64,000 bases of DNA from Spirochaetota bacterium (GTDB lineage Bacteria; Spirochaetota; UBA6919; CBDBPB01), in contig CBDBPB010000004.1 in assembly GCA_965208615.1 (NCBI GenBank), positions 384,001-448,000 of the forward strand, in the 5' to 3' direction. The notes below the pieces were generated by a model. It ran no database searches and was not told the DNA's origin. It saw nothing but the letters and a program-made list of their open reading frames with translations. Numbering within the stretch: position 1 is the first letter of the stretch; every line of letters begins with the position of its first letter. Below, piece by piece: positions 60,332 through 64,000 of this stretch. The translations under genes and the position numbers were made by a program.

Positions 60332-61882
60332 ATGGACTACGACAAACCCAGCCTTATTGATAATATTTTCCTTCAAATGTTCAGGCTATACAGCTCTGAC
60401 AAACACCTTATTAGCTATATTCGCTCTCAATTACTTGACAGAAAAACCATATTAGACATACCTGATAAAGTTGTTTTTCCTATTAGTATTTTCAAAGATT
60501 TTTCTTTTTATTTTATGCTGTCTTTTGCTGACTACGAAAGACATAGAACATATATAGCTGATATTGTTTTATTGTTAGCAAGGGGTATTGAAAGTTTTAT
60601 TAAGGATAGCACTCTTAAAAAGGGGAAGGCTAAAGTTGGAGATATTAAAAGGCTTAATTTTTCTAAAGTTAAACATAGCCATGATATTATCGGATATTAT
60701 ATTGAGGCTAACTTTAAGAGTGAAGAGGCTCAATTTAATTTTTACTATTATATACCTAGAAAGTCTGTTGATAAGATAATATATTTTTTATCGAAGAAGA
60801 ATACTAGTAAGATTAGTGATATTGGAGTTTTGTCTGAACTTATCCATGGTCTTAGGACTGAGTTTTATAAGAGGAGTCTTACTTTTCCTTTAGATATACT
60901 CGACTTTTTTAACTATATTTCTAATAATGACCTACAGCGTATAATGGGATTACTTATTAGTAATAACATGATTACTTTTGATATGCTTTGGGCTTTGGCA
61001 AGCCGTATGGATAATGGTATGGATAGGATTATGAATAATCTATCCAAGAATCAGAAGGAGGATTTTTTATCTGTTATAGACAAAAAGGCTGACCAGAGCG
61101 ATTATTTATGGAATAGTATTGTGTTATACCAGCTTAGTCTTAATATGGATATTCTTTTAAAAGAGAATAAGATTGAATCTGGTGTTATTTTTAGGGTTAA
61201 GAATATCTTAGGGGATATTTTTCATCAAGAGATAAATAGTTTCTTTTATTTTAAGCCATTCGATATGTGGATAAAAGAGGCTAATGATAAAGGTGTACTA
61301 CAGGAGTTTTTAAGTAAGTGTCACGATGCTATTTTGGGTAAGAGTTTTATTTTTCTGTCTGAGGAGTCTTTAGCTATTATAAGGGCTAATAGTTCAAAGA
61401 GAAAGTTTCAGACTTTTATGGAAGATATAGAATATTACAAGAGGGACATTAAAAAAAGAGATATTTATTTAGCTCAGTACGAGGCTGTAACCAGTCTTAT
61501 AGACATATTATTTAGAAAGTTAACTCCTAAGGAAAAGAATACGGAAACATGGATTAAGAGGTTTAATAAGGCTAATGATTTTAATTTAGCGGTACACTAT
61601 GTTGGACCTATAGACTTTTCTTTAGCTCTTATACCATTGCCTATTACCGTTAAGAGGTTTGTTATTAAGAACTTAAAGCCTCCCATAAAGCATTTTGTAT
61701 ATTATTTTTTATCCAACAAGATTAAGTTAAACTTTCCTTATGGTGAGATTAGGATTAAGGAAGCATCATTAGAGGTAGTTAGGTCATTTTATCGTTTGGA
61801 GAAAGAGAATAAGGTTAGTTTAAAGCCTATTGAAAAGATCACCGAAGAAGATAGTATCAATCATACTGCTAGACTACTATAA
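60332..61882 (+). CDS. Hypothetical protein with three FliG C-terminal-like repeats
   Basis: ISNNDLQRIM..MLWALA..RIMNNLSKNQKEDF; LQEFLSKCHDAILGKSF..SEESLAIIRANSSKRKFQTFMEDIE..IKKRDIYLAQ; DFSLAL..VIKNL..RIKEASLEVVRSFYRLEKENKVSL. Confidence 0.6.
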   Translation: MDYDKPSLIDNIFLQMFRLYSSDKHLISYIRSQLLDRKTILDIPDKVVFPISIFKDFSFYFMLSFADYERHRTYIADIVLLLARGIESFIKDSTLKKGKAKVGDIKRLNFSKVKHSHDIIGYYIEANFKSEEAQFNFYYYIPRKSVDKIIYFLSKKNTSKISDIGVLSELIHGLRTEFYKRSLTFPLDILDFFNYISNNDLQRIMGLLISNNMITFDMLWALASRMDNGMDRIMNNLSKNQKEDFLSVIDKKADQSDYLWNSIVLYQLSLNMDILLKENKIESGVIFRVKNILGDIFHQEINSFFYFKPFDMWIKEANDKGVLQEFLSKCHDAILGKSFIFLSEESLAIIRANSSKRKFQTFMEDIEYYKRDIKKRDIYLAQYEAVTSLIDILFRKLTPKEKNTETWIKRFNKANDFNLAVHYVGPIDFSLALIPLPITVKRFVIKNLKPPIKHFVYYFLSNKIKLNFPYGEIRIKEASLEVVRSFYRLEKENKVSLKPIEKITEEDSINHTARLL

Positions 61883-62068
61883 ATATGACAATCACTTTTT
61901 TATAGCTTTTTAACATATAAAAACATTAAAAACATATAATTTTAGTTAAAATGATAATATCTGCTGTTATTCTAAAATCCTTCTATTATGGTTTAATAAA
62001 TAATACAAGACTTTAAGAATGGTGTTTATACTTTAAATATGATTATTTAAGATATAAAAGGTGGGGTT

Positions 62069-63559
62069 ATGGGAAGTGTTAGGATCCTTGCTATAGTCGA
62101 TGAAGAAGACTTTCTTATATTAAACAATTTTAATAGTAATATTAGGAATAATAAATACGACTTTATTTTTTTCGATAGTACCAAAGATAATTTAAAAGAA
62201 AAACTCAATGATAAACTTGATATCATCCTCATAAATAATGATATACTAACTCTAGCTAAGCTTAATATATTCTCAGAAATCGAAAAAACCCCTACTATTG
62301 CCGTTATCGTTATGTTTGACTATGGCGATATAGACAATATTAGAAGGATTATGAATAAAGGGGCATTTGACTTTATCGTAAAGCCAATTGACTGTAAGGA
62401 TTTAGATATTACTATAAATAGGTCGTTAGGCTATGTGAAACAGCTTAGAAAATTAGATATTACTAAAAAGGATAATGATAGATTAAAAAAAGAAATTGAT
62501 AAATATAAAATCAAAGAGATATATCTTAAAAACAAGAAAGACCTTTCTATATTTTTGAAAACTGCCTTTGAATCCATAATTATATACGAAGATAATAAAA
62601 TTATAGATGTTAATAATAGGTTTATTAAAACCTTTGGTTACAACGCTAATGACCTTATAGGAACAAGTATATTAGATTTTATTGATCCAGATTATCGTCT
62701 TATTGTTATGAATGCTCTTAAAAGTGGGGATAGTAAATTTGATGTTATTGCGATAAAGCAAAATGGAGAAGAGATTAATGTTAGACTTTTCTTTAAGACT
62801 ATGGTATACAAGGATAAAGCTATAAAGGCCATCAATTTAGTAGATATCACCGACCTTAAAAGACTGGATGACCTTAGAAAGGTTAATGAGCGTATTGTTA
62901 GACATGAGTTAAAAAATCAGTTAAGTGGTATTGTAGGTTTTGCGCAGTTATTTTTGACCGAGGATAATTTAAAACCTGAACATTTAGAATGGGCTAATTG
63001 TATTTTGGATAGCAGTAATCAACTGCTTTATATATTGGATTACTCATCAGATATCCTAAAAATGGAAGAGGGTATATATACCTTAAAGCCAAAGCCATTC
63101 GATATGATAAAACTTTTTAATAAGCTTAATAATGTTATACAATATACCTTAAACCATAGAATGGGGTCTACTAGTTATTTTATTAATGGAGAGCCTATAT
63201 CTGCAGATGATAGTTATTATATTAAAGGAGAAGAAAAGCATATTGAAGGTTTATTTGCTAATTTGATAAAAAATGTTTTTAAATATACTCCTAAAAATAC
63301 TAAGGTAATGGTATCTATTGAGGAAAATACTGATTCTCATAGATTTATAATCCACAATAATGCTATAATACCAAACAGACTTAAGAGTGAATTTAACTAT
63401 AAAGAGAAAAATAGTAGCAATAAGTCAGGACTTGGAGCATCTAGTGCATTTATAATAGCCAAGACCCATGGTGGTAATGTAAGCTTTAGAGGTTCTGATG
63501 ATAGCCTCTCACATTTAATAGTAGAGATCCCAAAGGAATTGCCTTCTATATACTATTGA
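62069..63559 (+). CDS. Hybrid sensor kinase: pseudo-receiver, PAS, HisKA, HATPase
   Basis: Receiver-like N-terminus (GAFDFIVKP) with the phospho-Asp position reading N (DIILINN); PAS (IIDVNNRF..FGY..DLIG..FIDP); RHELKNQL; ANLIKNVFKY; SGLG; HGG. No TM segment. Confidence 0.85.
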   Translation: MGSVRILAIVDEEDFLILNNFNSNIRNNKYDFIFFDSTKDNLKEKLNDKLDIILINNDILTLAKLNIFSEIEKTPTIAVIVMFDYGDIDNIRRIMNKGAFDFIVKPIDCKDLDITINRSLGYVKQLRKLDITKKDNDRLKKEIDKYKIKEIYLKNKKDLSIFLKTAFESIIIYEDNKIIDVNNRFIKTFGYNANDLIGTSILDFIDPDYRLIVMNALKSGDSKFDVIAIKQNGEEINVRLFFKTMVYKDKAIKAINLVDITDLKRLDDLRKVNERIVRHELKNQLSGIVGFAQLFLTEDNLKPEHLEWANCILDSSNQLLYILDYSSDILKMEEGIYTLKPKPFDMIKLFNKLNNVIQYTLNHRMGSTSYFINGEPISADDSYYIKGEEKHIEGLFANLIKNVFKYTPKNTKVMVSIEENTDSHRFIIHNNAIIPNRLKSEFNYKEKNSSNKSGLGASSAFIIAKTHGGNVSFRGSDDSLSHLIVEIPKELPSIYY

Positions 63560-63689
63560 TAAAAATAATAAAAAGTCCTTGCTAATAAATAGCTTTATTA
63601 TATTTATACGCATCGCATTTTGGATATTATAACCTTTACTAATAATATATTAATACCATCCCCAACTTTAACAAACTGAAGGTACTAAA

Positions 63690-64000
63690 ATGAAAGCTAT
63701 AGTTGTTGGATCAGGCCCTAGTGGTATATCTTGTGCCTATGCCCTTGTTAATAAGGGAATAGAAGTCATTATGCTAGATGTTGGAATAGAGCTTGAACCA
63801 GATAAACAAAGAATTGTTAATGAGCTATCCAACACTACTAAAGATAATTGGGATAATAGTCTTAGTTCTTTTATCAAAGATAGTCGGAATGATGACTTAA
63901 ACAATGTAGATGCTGTTAAAAAGTTAATCTTTGGTTCTGACTTCCCTTATAAGGGAGTCGAGAGTTTTATAAAGACTGACTTTTATAATACAGAGGTTCT
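63690..64000 (+). CDS. FAD-dependent (GMC-like) oxidoreductase, N-terminal part cut by the window edge
   Basis: ATG at 63690 reads MKAIVVGSGPSGISCAYALVNKGIEVIMLDVG (dinucleotide-binding GxGxxG) and stays open to 64000. Confidence 0.8.
   Translation, partial: MKAIVVGSGPSGISCAYALVNKGIEVIMLDVGIELEPDKQRIVNELSNTTKDNWDNSLSSFIKDSRNDDLNNVDAVKKLIFGSDFPYKGVESFIKTDFYNTEV

Noticed and set aside
164-62232. Many short ORFs overlapping longer genes (e.g. 164-502, 5649-5876, 12142-12486, 37999-38331, 39402-39752, 45839-46300, 60588-60779)
   Set aside because: They are antisense or alternate-frame shadows of well-supported genes and have no recognisable motifs.
1-64000. CRISPR array, tRNA/rRNA genes, IS elements, integrase or prophage
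   Set aside because: No regularly spaced direct repeats, no GC-rich structured RNA blocks, and no transposase, integrase or phage protein motifs were seen.
1-64000. Alternative genetic code or stop-codon readthrough as the cause of the split genes
   Set aside because: The breaks are frame changes, not in-frame stops, and long genes translate cleanly and end in TAA, TAG or TGA under code 11.

Overview
Very AT-rich bacterial chromosomal segment with about 45 genes, most likely from a Spirochaetota genome. The evidence is a cheA-cheW/cheR fusion-cheX-cheY operon and a flgF-flgG-flgJ unit lacking flgA/H/I. Content is mostly housekeeping: gmd/fcl, trxA, rluD, maeB, lepA, ruvX, galU, pyc, asd, class II nrdJ, mfd, plsY, ROK kinase and trpC. 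I found no rRNA, tRNA, CRISPR array, transposase or prophage. Frameshifts cluster at 0.3-2.3 kb and 50.3-52.8 kb and look like single-base insertion errors of long-read assembly. The most unusual elements are: (1) an intact response-regulator receiver domain fused to an LDH/MDH-family dehydrogenase with altered cofactor and catalytic residues, next to pyc; (2) a RecQ-RQC-HRDC scaffold that has lost its helicase motifs, fused to an intact ComF-type phosphoribosyltransferase; (3) a protein with three FliG-C-like repeats behind a possible CheC/FliM-like domain; (4) the hopanoid enzyme HpnH and an HpnL-like membrane protein in a probable spirochaete; (5) a circularly permuted SpoIVB/S55 protease paired with a secreted beta-propeller protein. 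All family assignments come from motif recognition by eye, not from database searches.
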